62,000 nt of DNA from Diadema setosum (taxonomy: Eukaryota), in the NCBI RefSeq assembly GCF_964275005.1, contig NC_092705.1:5146001-5208000 (forward strand). The letters run 5' to 3'. The notes under the pieces were generated by a model that did not search any database, was not told the DNA's origin, and saw only the letters and a program-made list of their open reading frames with translations. Below, in pieces: positions 1 through 12,459 of this stretch. Each line of letters starts with the position of its first letter. Positions within the stretch are counted from its first letter, which is position 1. A program made the translations under genes and the position numbers.

Positions 1-119
1 AGCGAGCAGAACTTACGCATTAATTCCTCTCCATTCAAATAGAAAGCTGAATGAATAATCATAAAGTTTACATATCATTCTTGGAAAAAAAAAAAATGCA
101 TCTGAGATTGTTTGGATAC

Positions 120-240
120 CTGAGGAATCTTCTCGCTGGTTCGTTCTTCCCAACGATGTAGTAATAGCACCCAACGGCAAACCAGGACACGGCTTTGTCT
201 GGATGTAAGTCCACTAACCTGTGGGCCAGATAGAACAATT
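120..240 (-). CDS. CDC16: CDC16 exon 10 (121 nt, ELFYLAHRLVDLHPDKAVSWFAVGCYYYIVGKNEPARRFLS)
   Basis: ccccag|AA TTG...CTC AG|gtatcc; conserved TPR segment. Confidence 0.96.
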
Positions 241-663
241 CTGGGGGGGAAAAAAAGAAAGAAGATCAATGGTAGATGAGCACTGTAGGCAGCTACCATC
301 CTGATACAAGCAAGGACACCATACATAATAATTAAATAAAGAAACACTAAATAAACCTAATTTTTTTCTTTTATTTTCCTATGTTTTTATTTTTTTTTCT
401 CCCAAAAGCCTGCGTGCACCCTGAGCTTTGCAAACTGCAGGGCATCTGAACACACAAGTCATTGCATTGAATCTGATAATTACTCTCAGTTTCACAAAAT
501 GAGGTTTCTACTGATAACACACACATTATTATCTTCCATGGCATAGAAGTGCTGAACTACTGCTGTGTGAATGTTGTGTCGTACGTTGTCGTATGTTTCA
601 TAGGACTGATGGAGCCACAAGACAAAAGGTAGACTCAAGAGAGATAAAGAATCCAAAACATAC

Positions 664-743
664 CATTGGATAGTCTGAGCTCCACCAGCGTTGCCACGTG
701 AACAGGAAGACATCTTTCGTGGAAGGGGTCTGACTCCAGCACA
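664..743 (-). CDS. CDC16: CDC16 exon 9 (80 nt, VLESDPFHERCLPVHVATLVELRLSN)
   Basis: tgcag|T GTG...AAT G|gtatg; conserved DPFH..CLPVH. Confidence 0.96.
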
Positions 744-1054
744 CTGCATTGTTGGAAAAAACAGAGACAAGGCTTGAGCGTTATGCTACGAATTATAAAG
801 TGTTTCGAACAGGTACCACTGAGTCACTAGAAGTTGGCCAACTTGTTACAAAATCCTATGCAACAATGGTTGCTCATCACAACCTCAGAGCTTGCATGTG
901 TCTTGCCTAATGTAGCAACAGCAAATTAAATGATACCAACATTCAGTTGCTGAGCATACATTCAGTACAAGTGGGTAACTGAAAAGACTGTCATTAGATC
1001 CTAAGGGATAAATATTCATGAATTAGAATACAATGATGTGAGCTTCAAAATGAC

Positions 1055-1188
1055 CTGCGAGTTATCTTGTAGCTGGTCCTGAAGTCACAGTTGTAGTAGT
1101 GCCTCTCTGCCGTGTTGGTCTGGACGTCCAGGTTGTTGGCAAGACTCAGGAGGCAGTCTGGCAATTTGTTCTCCACAGGCTTGTCGTA
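1055..1188 (-). CDS. CDC16: CDC16 exon 8 (134 nt, YDKPVENKLPD...AERHYYNCDFRTSYKITR)
   Basis: ctcag|TAC...CGC AG|gtcatt; conserved AERHYYNCDF. Confidence 0.94.
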
Positions 1189-1802
1189 CTGAGTGGAAGA
1201 AAGCAGTAACAGCCATTTCATGAATACAGATACTTATCATGCATGCAGAAGTTATGTAGTTTAAACAATACATTTGGAATCTTGCAGCTGAAATAGTAAG
1301 TGCCACAAGTTTAACAGATCAGTTTTGTTGCTGTTGCAGTAGATTTTTTTTCTGTGAATTCTACATGAATTGCAAAAGATCTGTGTATGTGCCCTTGTGC
1401 AAAATAACTGAGACTGAAGTGAAACAAAACAAAACAAATCTGAAAATTTGGTGCACAATAAGGCAAATTTGACACAAGTTTCTGTGCAGTACACTACTCT
1501 ATTCCTCTACCAACAAGCCAAAGAATACTGATGATATTTTGTGTGAAAAGAGTATGGACAAAACCTTAACACTGAAAGTCATATATTATTATCCGCAGTG
1601 CATACATAATAATGATCCATCTTATAAGTTGCTACATGTGTGTACTTTACTTCAGAACATCATACAATTATTTTTTATTCGATACCTATCTATAATTTTG
1701 GTACCTCACAGTCACAGAAATCTTTTTGTGCATGTCACAGACTGTATAAGGGTTACATTGTACTTCAGACAAAGACACATAGCCAAGTTGGCGAGCCATT
1801 AC

Positions 1803-1897
1803 CTTCTTGAGTATACTGTGGTATAGACTTCTGAGAAACTCCTGTTCTTCTGTCGGACACTGCTCAGTAATGGGCAATGCTTGCAGGAGGTCCCTCT
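1803..1897 (-). CDS. CDC16: CDC16 exon 7 (95 nt, ERDLLQALPITEQCPTEEQEFLRSLYHSILKK)
   Basis: accag|AG...AAG|gtaat; overlaps ORF 1686..1877. Confidence 0.93.
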
Positions 1898-2665
1898 CTG
1901 GTTAAAATAACGAACAAACAAACAAATGTTGAAATAATGTTTCTATGATTTGGTGATGTATCTTTTTAACATACTGCAGCAATTTCTACAATTTCCCATC
2001 AGTATTTCGTAAGGTAAAGTAAAAAACAAACAAACAAACAAACAAGAAGAAAATTCTCCATCTGCGTCTTTTGTTGTTTATGCATGATAATTTTGGTAAA
2101 CCTCTTTATTGCTAAGTCTGAAAGTGATTCTTAGTTGGTAACATATTCTGGAGGATAAGTATTTGCCTTTTTTTCTCTCAAATTGGCAAATTTGTGTAAA
2201 TTTCTTGCTGATTTTGTGCAGATATAATGAATTCAACCTGTTTTATCTAATCTTTTTTCCAAGATAAGGTATGCAGGGAAATTCAGAGTTGCCAATTTAA
2301 TGATGAAAAAAAAAAAAGATTTTTTTTTTTCCAGTTAAATACCTCCAGGAATTGAGGGGTTAAATCAACTGAGGTTTTGATATCAGGAACTCCACAGGAC
2401 TTTAAGACCCTCTCATCAGCTACGACCTGGAGTAGGATTGCAACCAAGTTTTCATACAAACTCTCAACAGTTGCTGCCTACCATAGCTTCAAGTATCACA
2501 GCAACAAGAAGACACACTTAAAAGTTGATTAGTTGTTGCCACGGCAGTTGTGATCATTGTTACACATTTTTTAAAAAAAAACACACACACACACAAAAAA
2601 AAAAACATGAGCATGCTGACATGGCAATGTAGGGCAAAAGAGAGTGATACCACGAGAAATCGTAC

Positions 2666-2825
2666 CTTCGTCTGCCGTGAGCATCTGGTGTTTGACGAGG
2701 AGTTCAAAGGCCTCATAGCAGTGGACGTCTAGGATCAGTGCCTGGCGGTAGCACTCCGCGGCCTGGACCCGGTTCTCCAGGGCCTCATAGATCTGCCCCT
2801 TTAGCAGTGCTATCGAGCTCTCAAC
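2666..2825 (-). CDS. CDC16: CDC16 exon 6 (160 nt, VESSIALLKGQIYEALENR...LDVHCYEAFELLVKHQMLTADE)
   Basis: Lies within ORF 2571..2858; ggcag|GTT...GAA G|gtacg. Confidence 0.97.
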
Positions 2826-2988
2826 CTGCCTCAGGCAACGGCACAGGAAATATGACAAATATCACTGTAAGTGAATACTACCTGCTACAGTGCAGTATTT
2901 TCATGCAAAAATGATCGGTACAAAGAAACAGTTTTCTCTGCAACATTTCATCCTGATTCTTTGTTTTAAATCTCATAATACACTGTTG

Positions 2989-3172
2989 CAGTGGACTCCT
3001 GGTATAATGAAGTCCTTGGGACCAGCAGTTTTCTTTCATCACATAAAAATTTCCCTATAACCGAACAAATAAACAATAAAAAAGATAGACCAGATGACAT
3101 GGCCTGAATTTTTACTTCGTTGTCACCAGAATTTCGCTATAATCGTATTCGTTATAAAGGGATTGTACTGTA
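2989..3172. mobile_element. Degenerate Tc1/mariner (pogo/Tigger-like) MITE
   Basis: Begins cagtggactcctggtataatga, ends cgttataaagggattgtactg-ta (imperfect TIRs). Confidence 0.55.
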
Positions 3173-3566
3173 CCTTCAGTTGGTAAGACATTTGTTACCA
3201 TGGAAATGGCAATCACTTTGAATTTGAATACTAGTAACTGCAAACTTTTCCATAACAAGGAGCCTCAATCTTAAAGATTATGACCACTGGTGGACTCTAC
3301 CATGGCTTTGTTTCAATATAATGCACAGGAAGAAAAAGGCAACAAACACATATTGACTGAAAAACACTGATTCATCCATACAAAGACAATGGCTGAGTGT
3401 AGTGTCCATTCACCACAAAGACAGCGTTTATGTATTCACTCCTAACCACTGACAGCAATCACATCATGGTTTTAATTATATTGCCAAAGATTGTGGGTCT
3501 GTCTACTGCCCCATACAAGTGCTCAAAAGCGAAGCGAAGCGAACTGAACCAAAATGTACTGTACCT

Positions 3567-3944
3567 TACCATACCGAGCCAGATTGGTCGTGTTCGAGCG
3601 CTCTGTGGAGATAGCGCACCACGTGAGCTATTTTTGGACTCCAGTCAGAGGGTTCACATGTTTTGGAAGAACCAACACCTTCGCCTCACGCCCCTACACT
3701 ACATACAGGTGTCCCTCACAAAGAGAATCAACTCTTTGTATCATGACATAGTCCATGTTACGTGAATTCTTCTCATGGCAACAGTTGTATTGGACCACTT
3801 TGCACTCGAGCGCTCTCTGGCACGACATGACATGGTATGGTACCCTTTTGAAGCTCATCACAAAGTGGACCACTTTTGGCTAGTTTTCATACTGTAAAGT
3901 ACACTTTGGGAGCGTTCAAGCCCTCCTCTGGCGCAGGTATGGTA
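3567..3944. mobile_element. MITE-like element with ~17-bp TIRs
   Basis: taccataccgagccaga ... tctggcgcaggtatggta. Confidence 0.5.
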
Positions 3945-4018
3945 TCGGATGGTACGCTTTAGGAGAGCGTTCAAACACTCCAAATGTCATGATCAACCAC
4001 CCTCTGACCATTGCTCAC

Positions 4019-4159
4019 GTTTTCCAGAGGAATCTTGCCCTGTCCATCCTTCTGATCCTCCGCCTTGCTGTCGTCGATCTTCTCCTGTAGGATGGTGATG
4101 TCGCCCCCTTCTGACCCGTCCAGAACATTCAACGCTTCCTCCCAATTCCTGACAGCAGC
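4019..4159 (-). CDS. CDC16: CDC16 exon 5 (141 nt, AAVRNWEEALNVLDG...KIPLEN)
   Basis: tgtag|GCT...AAC|gtgag, phase 0/0, open frame. Confidence 0.9.
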
Positions 4160-4725
4160 CTACACATTTGATACATGCAAAATCAAAACAAGGTTTGGTC
4201 TGGGTTGTTACATTTTCAAGCCGGTCCATGCTGAATTCAAAGCAAAAACAAACAAACACACAAAACAAAACAAAACAAATTAAAAACAAACGACAGCAAC
4301 ACTGCACCTTGACAGTCCACAATCAAAAGTGTACAAGAAACATTCATCCAAATTAGTAAATTTTTCCATTTCCTCTTTATTCTCTGATCAAAATATACAC
4401 ACAGCACATTTATAAAACAACCATTTTTTTTTTTAGAGCAGTCATCATAACATAAAATAATGAAGATAATTTCGAATGTAGTAGTTTATAACACAGGTTT
4501 GTCATTTTGTGGCTACATCATTTAATGTAAACTTGCAGATTCTGTTTAGATACATGGGTAATATTGAATGTAAGATAGGGCTTTGATCTGGCACTCAACT
4601 ACAAAGTTGCTTTCCAGTCTGTATGCCTTTGATCATCATCATCAAACTGACAAGCATCGATGCCACACAGCAAAGACATTATCGTACCATGGGCATATAC
4701 ACACTGATCAAGGTAGCTGACTTAC

Positions 4726-4764
4726 CAGACACTTAGCTGCAAGGTATTTTCCAGCCTTGTGAAG
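4726..4764 (-). CDS. CDC16: CDC16 exon 4 (39 nt, LHKAGKYLAAKCL)
   Basis: ctacag|CTT...CTG|gtaag; similar to recalled LYEACRYLAARCH. Confidence 0.9.
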
Positions 4765-5289
4765 CTGTAGGCAGCAAACAAAGAACATGCAAACACAATG
4801 ACATGGGATATAAGATTGCATCATTTTTTTATTTTTTTATTTACGGAAAATCAGATGAAAAGCTTCTACAAATAACTATTATGGTATGTTTATGTCACTG
4901 TCCTTAACTAAATCTGATGAATAAACATATTGTAGGATGATCAAATATCTAGTAAATAGAGCAATATTTGTATTCTCTCTCTCTCTCTCTCTGTTTTCAG
5001 ATATATGTTTCTATCTATCTGCATCTATCAATATCTCTATACACTTATCTGTGCATTCATCTATCCATACACTCTTGTATATTTTCATCCAATCATCCAT
5101 CCATCTATTGGTTGATCTACCTAACATTCTGGATAAACATTTTCATGTATTTTCATGGAATACGGGCAGATTCCTTCAGGCTCAAAACTTAATCCCTTAT
5201 GCCTGTTTCTCTCTCTTTCTCTCTCTCTCTCTCTCTTTTTCTTTTTTTTTTTTGGGGGGGGGGGGGGGAGAGGGAAGATATGCATTTAA

Positions 5290-5361
5290 CCCATTCCCTA
5301 CGGGTTGCTGGTGGCCTGTGTATCAAGTCTATCTGGATTGAAGAACTCAGTATGGAATGGG
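5290..5361. mobile_element. 72-bp piggyBac-like mini-element
   Basis: TTAA-cccattccctac...gtatggaatggg-TTAA. Confidence 0.7.
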
Positions 5362-5368
5362 TTAATAC

Positions 5369-5466
5369 CTTATCAAGTCTTCTGTTCCTGATTAGATGAG
5401 CTGCTCTGTGGTACTGCCTTGTTAGGTAGAGACTCTGAGCTAACATGTACACATCTTCAGGGTCAC
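5369..5466 (-). CDS. CDC16: CDC16 exon 3 (98 nt, GDPEDVYMLAQSLYLTRQYHRAAHLIRNRRLDK)
   Basis: Lies within ORF 5189..5533; ttgcag|GT...AAG|gtatta. Confidence 0.96.
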
Positions 5467-5592
5467 CTGCAAAATTGAAGAAAGGGATGTGATAATAAGT
5501 AAAACTGTATAAATGTGCAGTGCAAAGGTTCATGTTTAAGGGCCAATGGACACAATTGATGTCTTACACTCTTTTAAGCGCATGCATAGTTA

Positions 5593-5935
5593 TAGGGGAA
5601 TGAAATCAAAATGAGCGAACCCAGCAAATATTACAAGTTGTAGTAGCACACATCAGTAAAGATTGAGGAAAAAATCTGTTAAAAAGCTATAATTTTAAAG
5701 TTTTGGTAGTGTAATTGCTCGATGAGAAGACTACAACAGTTTGGGAGGTCACTGCAGGGTGATATAAGAAAATCTGAAAAGACTTTAAAATATTTTCCTT
5801 TTTCTAGCATAATTAAAGAGCATCTGACTTCTAACCACTTTCAGGAAACAGGGGGAATGATATTACCTTCAACAAGTCAAGGCAACATGTATTTTGATTT
5901 AAAACAAAAATGAAATTTTGTGGAATCAACATCGA
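5593..5935. mobile_element. Diverged partial relative of the 15222/43600 MITE family
   Basis: Shares tagtagcacacatcagt...gatgagaagacta and the reverse of the central ttattccccctg segment. Boundaries approximate. Confidence 0.55.
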
Positions 5936-5971
5936 TAAATCAAATTTGATATATTTGAAAGTAAAACTCAC

Positions 5972-6026
5972 CTTTTGAGAGTGTTACTGCCTTGTCTGCC
6001 CAGAACACAGCGCTGTCATACTGGTG
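5972..6026 (-). CDS. CDC16: CDC16 exon 2 (55 nt, HQYDSAVFWADKAVTLSK)
   Basis: acag|CAC...AAA G|gtgag; conserved FWADK motif. Confidence 0.95.
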
Positions 6027-6329
6027 CTGTCATGACGTAAAACAAACAGGAGTAAGCAAAACAGGCACCAATTAATTGACCATGAAACACGAGAGAATTG
6101 TACTATATGATTTAATCAATTAACTGTAGATGGTTCTAAGCCAGAACGAAAAATGGCTATGCACCTACAAATGTACAGTGCAGTGTTATACAGTGACAAA
6201 GCTTTGAAATGAAATCTACTAAATGAATGCCATTTAATTTATTGACAAATTTTGATTAAAAATGTTTTTTCTTACACTACAGCAGTAAAATATTCAAACA
6301 ATAATAAACAATGTACATCAGAATGATTT

Positions 6330-6710
6330 TAGATGAGATGGCCATGGGATTCAGGGTTTTAACTTTGTGCGAGATTGTTAGAAAACCCTTATATGACATA
6401 TGAAGGAGAACATACAATTCTACAAGGAATTCAAAGTTTATCTACTTGATGAAATTCAGTTTTGAAATGGCTAGCTGAAACATCCAAAAACAAAACAAAA
6501 CAAAGTGGTCCTAAAGGGTGGGATCCACCTTTTATTAGGACCTCTTTGTTTTTTGGATATCTTAGCCATTTCAAAACCAAATTTCAACCAGTAAACTATG
6601 AATTCCTCTTAGAATTATGCTCCTTCACATTTCATATTTGTCACCAAGTGGTTTCTAATTATCTCTCAAAATGTTTAAATCCCTTTCTCAGCCAGAACTA
6701 ACCATCCCTT
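6330..6710. mobile_element. Palindromic MITE (fold-back), centre near 6520
   Basis: Arms aggaattc...ttttgaaatggct...tccaaaaacaaa and tttgttttttggata...agccatttcaaaa...gaattcct. Boundaries approximate. Confidence 0.7.
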
Positions 6711-7078
6711 TTCCAGCATTCACTTTAGTGTACAAACCAAAAATTATGGGCCCATGCTGTGTAAATTAAACAAGAATTACAAAATTTGACACTGTTTGAA
6801 TCAAAGTCATCTACCATGTCTACATTGTACCTTCCCTTCCTCGTACCTGGCACACAGCAATAATATATCCCATTATCTATTTTGTTCAAGTAAGATACAT
6901 CATGTACAAACACAAATAATACTAAAGGCCTAAAGATGACCCTAAATAGACCCGTCTACTGCGTCTAACGTTAGAACAAGGTTTAGTCCATCGACCACTT
7001 TATCATTTATTGAATCGGCTTCGTGTAAACTAAAAAGTAAACTTTGGCACTGGCAATTTGGAGTCCATTACAACTGTA

Positions 7079-7640
7079 AAACTAGAAAAGCACTCTGAGA
7101 GTGCAGACCTCCGCCAAGCAGCTACTTTCCACCGATGATCTCGCTCTTCTCAAAGAGATTTTTTCAGATCAGTGATTTCCACACCCATAGCCATAGGTAT
7201 AGAGGTCTACATGCTGAAAAATCGCCCAATTTCCCAAAATATAGAAGCCTTTGCTTTGTTACGTCATAAACCCTCAGCTGCGTGGCGCGCCTCGCCCTAG
7301 CAGAAACTGGAGCACACACTTAAGTGCGCGTTTGAAAACCTTAAAAATGCGCAGCTTGAACTCCAGTTCATTGACCCTACCAGTCAAAATATCAAAAATC
7401 CTTCATAAATTTCCCCAAAATCTTTGACTTGGATCATTACCAAAATGTAATCTTTTGTTACTTGTGTCATTCTCAACCTTTCATGCAAGTTTCATCCAAA
7501 TCCGAGCACAACTTTTTGAGTTATTTTGCACACGGACAAACTGACAAACAAACCAATTATATGATAGGCCCCTAGGCCTAAATTCAATGAATTTTTAACC
7601 TCCTCGATCCTCACTTGGGCGTGTTGGAGGAGGTAACAAG
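7079..7640 (-). mobile_element. Helentron/DINE-1-like non-autonomous element (HINE)
   Basis: On the minus strand: 5' ttgttacctcctccaa, a GTTT/GTCA-like microsatellite, 3' subTIR ttggcggaggt, hairpin gcactct-c-agagtgc, terminal ctagtt. Confidence 0.65.
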
Positions 7641-7915
7641 AAAATGATAGTAGCAAAAAATACAGTCTACAGACTCTAAAAATTTAGAGTTACATGTTTG
7701 GCATACCTACATGCTTACTATTTTGGCATTTGCAATCCCAATAACTGTTAGAGCATATACTTGAATTAATTTAAACGCTGTAAACTGGTCTTACTAACGT
7801 TAAAACTTAGGAGAATTCTTTACCTTATTTACTTTTACACACCTAAATTCACAACGTTGCCGTTACAGTTGGGGCTCGTTGGGGTTGGTACAATCATGAT
7901 CACGCATTTACTCAC

Positions 7916-7966
7916 CTTGCTTATGTAGCTTTGGACTAAACCCCGGAATCTTTCTAAACTGCTCAT
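7916..7966 (-). CDS. CDC16: CDC16 coding exon 1 (51 nt, MSSLERFRGLVQSYISK)
   Basis: ATG at 7966-7964, donor AAG|gtgagt, phase 0. Resembles recalled human MNLERLRKRVRQYLDQ. Confidence 0.9.
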
Positions 7967-8084
7967 CGTATATCATAGACTTTAGTTGCTATCTTCCAGT
8001 TGAAATTTAGGCTGAGACAGTTTCAGTTGTGTAGCAGCATCAATACTCGGTAATCAGCAGGTTGTGCTTGGTCCCATGTATTTA

Positions 8085-8370
8085 TATTTGGCGGTGTGGC
8101 AGATTCACACGGTTAGACCCCCGATCTACCACTATAAACGTGTTACGACTAACGAGTATGAGTGAAGTATACACGTACACACACCGCTCAGCCAGCGCGC
8201 GATTTTTCGTCTCTCGCTCTCAAATTCACGCGGGAGCGATCGGCGATCGGAAGAGCAGTGCACAGCGTGCGCAACTACGAGATCAAGACGCACTCCACTC
8301 GCAGTGCAATCCGACGTGCAAACGTGAAATATTATAGCGCCATCTCGCGGTATCCTATAACGCAAAAGCC
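8085..8370. promoter_or_regulatory. CpG-rich putative CDC16 promoter region
   Basis: Dense CG dinucleotides against an AT-rich background, 120-400 nt upstream of the CDC16 ATG; includes tagcgccatctcgcgg. Confidence 0.5.
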
Positions 8371-10015
8371 AAAGATATTTTTGGAAAAAGTTCTTTGGCA
8401 AAAGCGTACTTTCCACCAGCGAGGGGAGCACCTCCTGGCCGGATCCCTCAAAGCATGTAGCAGTTTGCATCACTCACTACTCCATACTTTTTTTTTTGTT
8501 AGAACAAAAGAAATAAAAAGAACAAATGGGGTCGGGGGCATGCGCCCCCTTAATTTCTTTAAAGGCGCCTCCCCTCTACGGAATTCCTGGATCCGTCCCT
8601 GAAGAGACCTTTTAAAAGGCTTTCGGAAAGTGAAACCGGTTATCGTTTGAAAAAGTGAAAATGACTTTGATCTATGTTGTATTATAATTATATGCATTTT
8701 GGTGATGATTTTTTTTTAATTATTCATATAAAATTCTTCACATATCCATGCAGTCTAGAACAAAATAGGAAAGAGTGCTTAAGAAAAATAGACGGAGGAG
8801 TTTATAAACGGGGAGAAGGAACAAGAGGAGGCCGATGGTGAAAAGGTCGTAGGCCTAGTATTAGGAATAGTGTTAATAATTATAATCATTACCCAGGTCG
8901 AAAACCAGCACAAACCAGTTAACATTTTTTAATGGTCTTTACTGGTTTTAACTGGTCTTAACTGCATGGTTTCAGCTAGTACCAGTTGAAACCAGAAGGC
9001 AACTCAAACTTTCCAGTAACAAAATAAGCAATATTCTAAGTTGAAGTCATACTGGTACCAGTTTACACCAGTTGATGTCGCACTGCTTACCAGTTACCAG
9101 TTGAAACCAGTAAAATTCTATTGGTGGCCAGTTGATAACAGGTCAAGTCTCACTGTGTATCAGTTGATACCAATTGAAGTCGACTGGTATGGTGATACCT
9201 GCTGGTGAAGTGTTCTGCATTTCCAGATGACAATGCAGAAGTCACAAAATTAAAGTGTAAAGTAAATAAACAAACAAACAAACATGAATACAATACACGA
9301 GAAATCGGGATTCCCTGATGTGCTTCTCTATAAAGTTGCCGGGTGCGCAAGAGGGGAAATGAATTAAAAATGGCCCTTCACAGTAGGAAGCACATGAGGA
9401 AACATATACAGGAAAAATGTTACAGGAAATCACAGAGTAAAGCAATATTAAAATTTTGATAAATTCAGATTAAGCACACCAAGTTAATAAGTGAACACAA
9501 GAAAAGTGCCTGGATCACATCAAGAAAGAAAAGAATTTGCTTTCCATCTAATATAAGTTCAAGTGCCGGGTTCCAATATTGTTACAAAGTATACTTCTAT
9601 AAAAACAAGTCTCTTGTTCTCAGATAGGGCCTATACAGTATTTAAAATCTAATGAATATTTTACAATGGATTATGAGATTTAAAAAGAAATGGACGGACA
9701 TTGTTAAGGGTGTTTTCTCGGAGAGGATTTTGAGGAGACATAACAATGTTATTTTTTTATAGTCTGTCATAAATACCAAGAAAATGTGCATACATAAGAA
9801 AGGTGGTTTGATCACAAACAAATCTATTATAATAAGCCATAAACGTGATTCCTATGGAATTATTTCCTTTAAAACTGAAGATACATTCAATATTCAAATA
9901 GCAATTTAAATGTGGGAAGATTATTTACACTCAATCGTGAGATCAATAGACTTTGATTAAGGTGCTTTCCAATTGATTGGGAAAAGCAAATTTATTGTGC
10001 TGGAAGATGACAATT

Positions 10016-10017
<2 letters not shown>

Positions 10018-10048
<31 letters not shown>
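10018..10048. repeat. (GA)n microsatellite
   Basis: Direct reading. Confidence 0.9.
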
Positions 10049-10052
<4 letters not shown>

Positions 10053-10427
10053 AGAAGGAGAGAAAAGCTTGGAGTGACAGCGCATGATCAAGAGCATTGA
10101 CCAAAAGTGATATGAGAATTATAATTAGGGGCGTGGTTCATGTTCTGCTACGAAGTTATTCGATTAGCGTGAATCGTGATTCTTTTCACAAACACTTTGT
10201 AAAGTGTTTGCAATGTTTACAACACTTTTCACAAACACTTTGTAAATCGAAAAATCGTCATCATGAAAAAGGTAACATGGGCCGCTCTTTTCCGATAACA
10301 CAATGATTTTGAACAAATATTTTTATTAATATAGTTTCAAATCCGTTTATTTATTGTTTGTTTGTTGTTTGATATTGTAATTGTACAGATTAAAGATGTG
10401 ATATTGGAAGTAACATTGATTTCAAAT

Positions 10428-10481
10428 TAATTGAATTGAATTGAATTGAACTGACCTGAATTGAACTGAATTGAATTGAAT
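10428..10481 (+). repeat. (GAATT)n tract, possibly a retroposon 3' tail
   Basis: ttgaattgaattgaattgaactgacctgaattgaactgaattgaattgaat. Confidence 0.7.
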
Positions 10482-11357
10482 CTTGAACATTGCATCACGA
10501 TCAACATACGGCGTGCACTGAGGATCTTTCATGCTTTAAGGCATCGTGATAACTAAGCATTGTGCCCCGCGAGGGTATAATATTCTGTGAAGGGGTGTAT
10601 ACTGTAAACACAGTGAATATTATCCGCAGTAAGGTATCTTCAGTGGAAGGAAGGGCAACTGGAAGGTTGTGATGTATGTCTTCCGATGTATTCTGTCATA
10701 GATTCTCGATGAGCTTTAATTATAGATAGGGTTTCTATAGAATCTATGGAACACCCAAAAGCCGTGCAAAAAGGAAGGACACTAATGACACGCATTGACT
10801 ATGCAGTAAATCGTACATTGGATGGCAGAAGAACGATTATATTGATAGGGGAGATAAAAAGCCTGATCGACTAAAACGCTGGATAAAAATCTACAAAATC
10901 ACTAAGAAACTGAATGGAGCGGAGATTGCGGGGGGGGGGGGGGGGAAGAACTATAACCAATATGGAGGAGGTCCATTGGTAGATTGAAGTGGGAGATGAA
11001 ATTTGTGATTACCGAAGAAGGATTGGTGAATGAATGAAAGCAGGAAAAGGGGGGAGAAATATCTGCAGCCGCAAATAACAACGAATTTGCACGAGAAAAT
11101 TAGGTGAAAGTACGAAATAGGGAAATGAACGATGGGGGAGGAGAATCAAAGAAGGAAGAGGAGATGAAGAAGATAAGTATATAAGCAGGAGAGAAAGGAC
11201 AAATAGAAGGAAAGTAGAATAGGGCTTTTATATGGAAACTGGCAACTTGCGATAAACATTTTGCTCAGTGCACTATGGATTCCCGCAGAAAATGTTAACA
11301 CTATTACAAGGGCGTGCCTCGAGAGGAAGCTGACTTTCTATGTTTTCGCCGTTGCAA

Positions 11358-11393
11358 TCTCTATCTATCTATCTATCTATATATCTACCTATT

Positions 11394-11451
<58 letters not shown>

Positions 11452-11615
11452 CATCTACCCATCCATCTATCTATCCATCTACCTACCACATACTATCTAG
11501 CACCTACCTATCTATCTATCTATACATACATACATACATACCTATCTATCTATCTATATCCATCTATCTATCTTTATATCTACCTTATGTATGTACCTGT
11601 CTTTCTATCTATCTT

Positions 11616-11674
<59 letters not shown>

Positions 11675-11712
11675 GTCAATCTTATCTATCTACTAGTATA
11701 TCTCTCTATCTA
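11358..11712. repeat. Compound (TCTA)n/(TACA)n/(TTTC)n microsatellite
   Basis: Direct reading; source of the spurious LSIY ORFs. Confidence 0.95.
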
Positions 11713-12459
11713 TATTTCTAAACAAACTCATACGCAAGGTCTAAAAGTTGCTTATTATTATGATTATTATAAAATCTATGATTTTCCATATAATCGGAAC
11801 CGAGAGTACAATGTGAGACCATGGGCAGGGTGAATGGAATTATTCTATGAGTGCCTGATGGTAAAGTGCACCATTGTTATTGTATTTTGGTGATTTATAT
11901 AAAATATACTGACTATACTCAAGTGATATTCCGTTTACCCATTATGACTTTTGACGGCGGTGTGTTGCAGTGCAAGGTCGGTGCTTGCTATAATCTCGCA
12001 TCACATAATGAGAAATCGTGCAATAATTCGTAGCTTGAGATCCCTTTTGATATATATTCGCTTGTACTATACGATTTGGAAATATTTGCTTTGCTCAAAG
12101 AGAAAATACGATGGGAGTAAAAGGAGGAGAAGAAAAAAAAAAGTATGATGATGACAAGGGGAATTAATGACTGTGGTTGTATGTCGAAATAAGCGAGGAT
12201 GCTCAGTGATCGTCCTACACTGAAAATCGACAAGTTTATAGCATTCTGCAGATACTACTACTCTGGTATGGAACATGAACCATGCAAGGTAGGCACCCTA
12301 TTAAATTTTGGAGCAGTGGTCCAACCCCATGGCATGGTGTTCCCCAGTATGGCCTCCACTCACTGGATGCATGCTTGACTGATGCTCGGCTGGATGTTGC
12401 GTAGGCCTACATCCACAGGGGATGAAGAGGATGGTAGCAGGGAGGTGAACCTCCCTGGT

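Larger units (their letters stand above)
120..7966 (-). other. CDC16: CDC16/APC6 gene span, 5' part (coding exons 1-10; gene continues beyond the left edge)
   Basis: Spliced translation MSSLERFRGLVQSYISK|HQYDSAVFWADK...YHRAAH...AERHYYNCDF...VSWFAVGCYY matches recalled CDC16 sequence. All junctions are GT-AG and phases are compatible. Confidence 0.97.

Noticed and set aside
112..119. Donor GTATCCAA as a U12-type intron
   Set aside because: It lacks the TT of RTATCCTT, and the branch point is not visible within the window.
8062..8697. Overlapping ORFs upstream of CDC16
   Set aside because: A by-product of GC-rich promoter or repeat sequence; no homology and no splice structure.
8891..9200. 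accagtt/aactggt-rich block as a regulatory array
   Set aside because: More likely a decayed repeat; termini could not be defined.
11261..11833. ORFs rich in LSIY (also 55957-56742)
   Set aside because: These are translations of (TCTA)n microsatellites.
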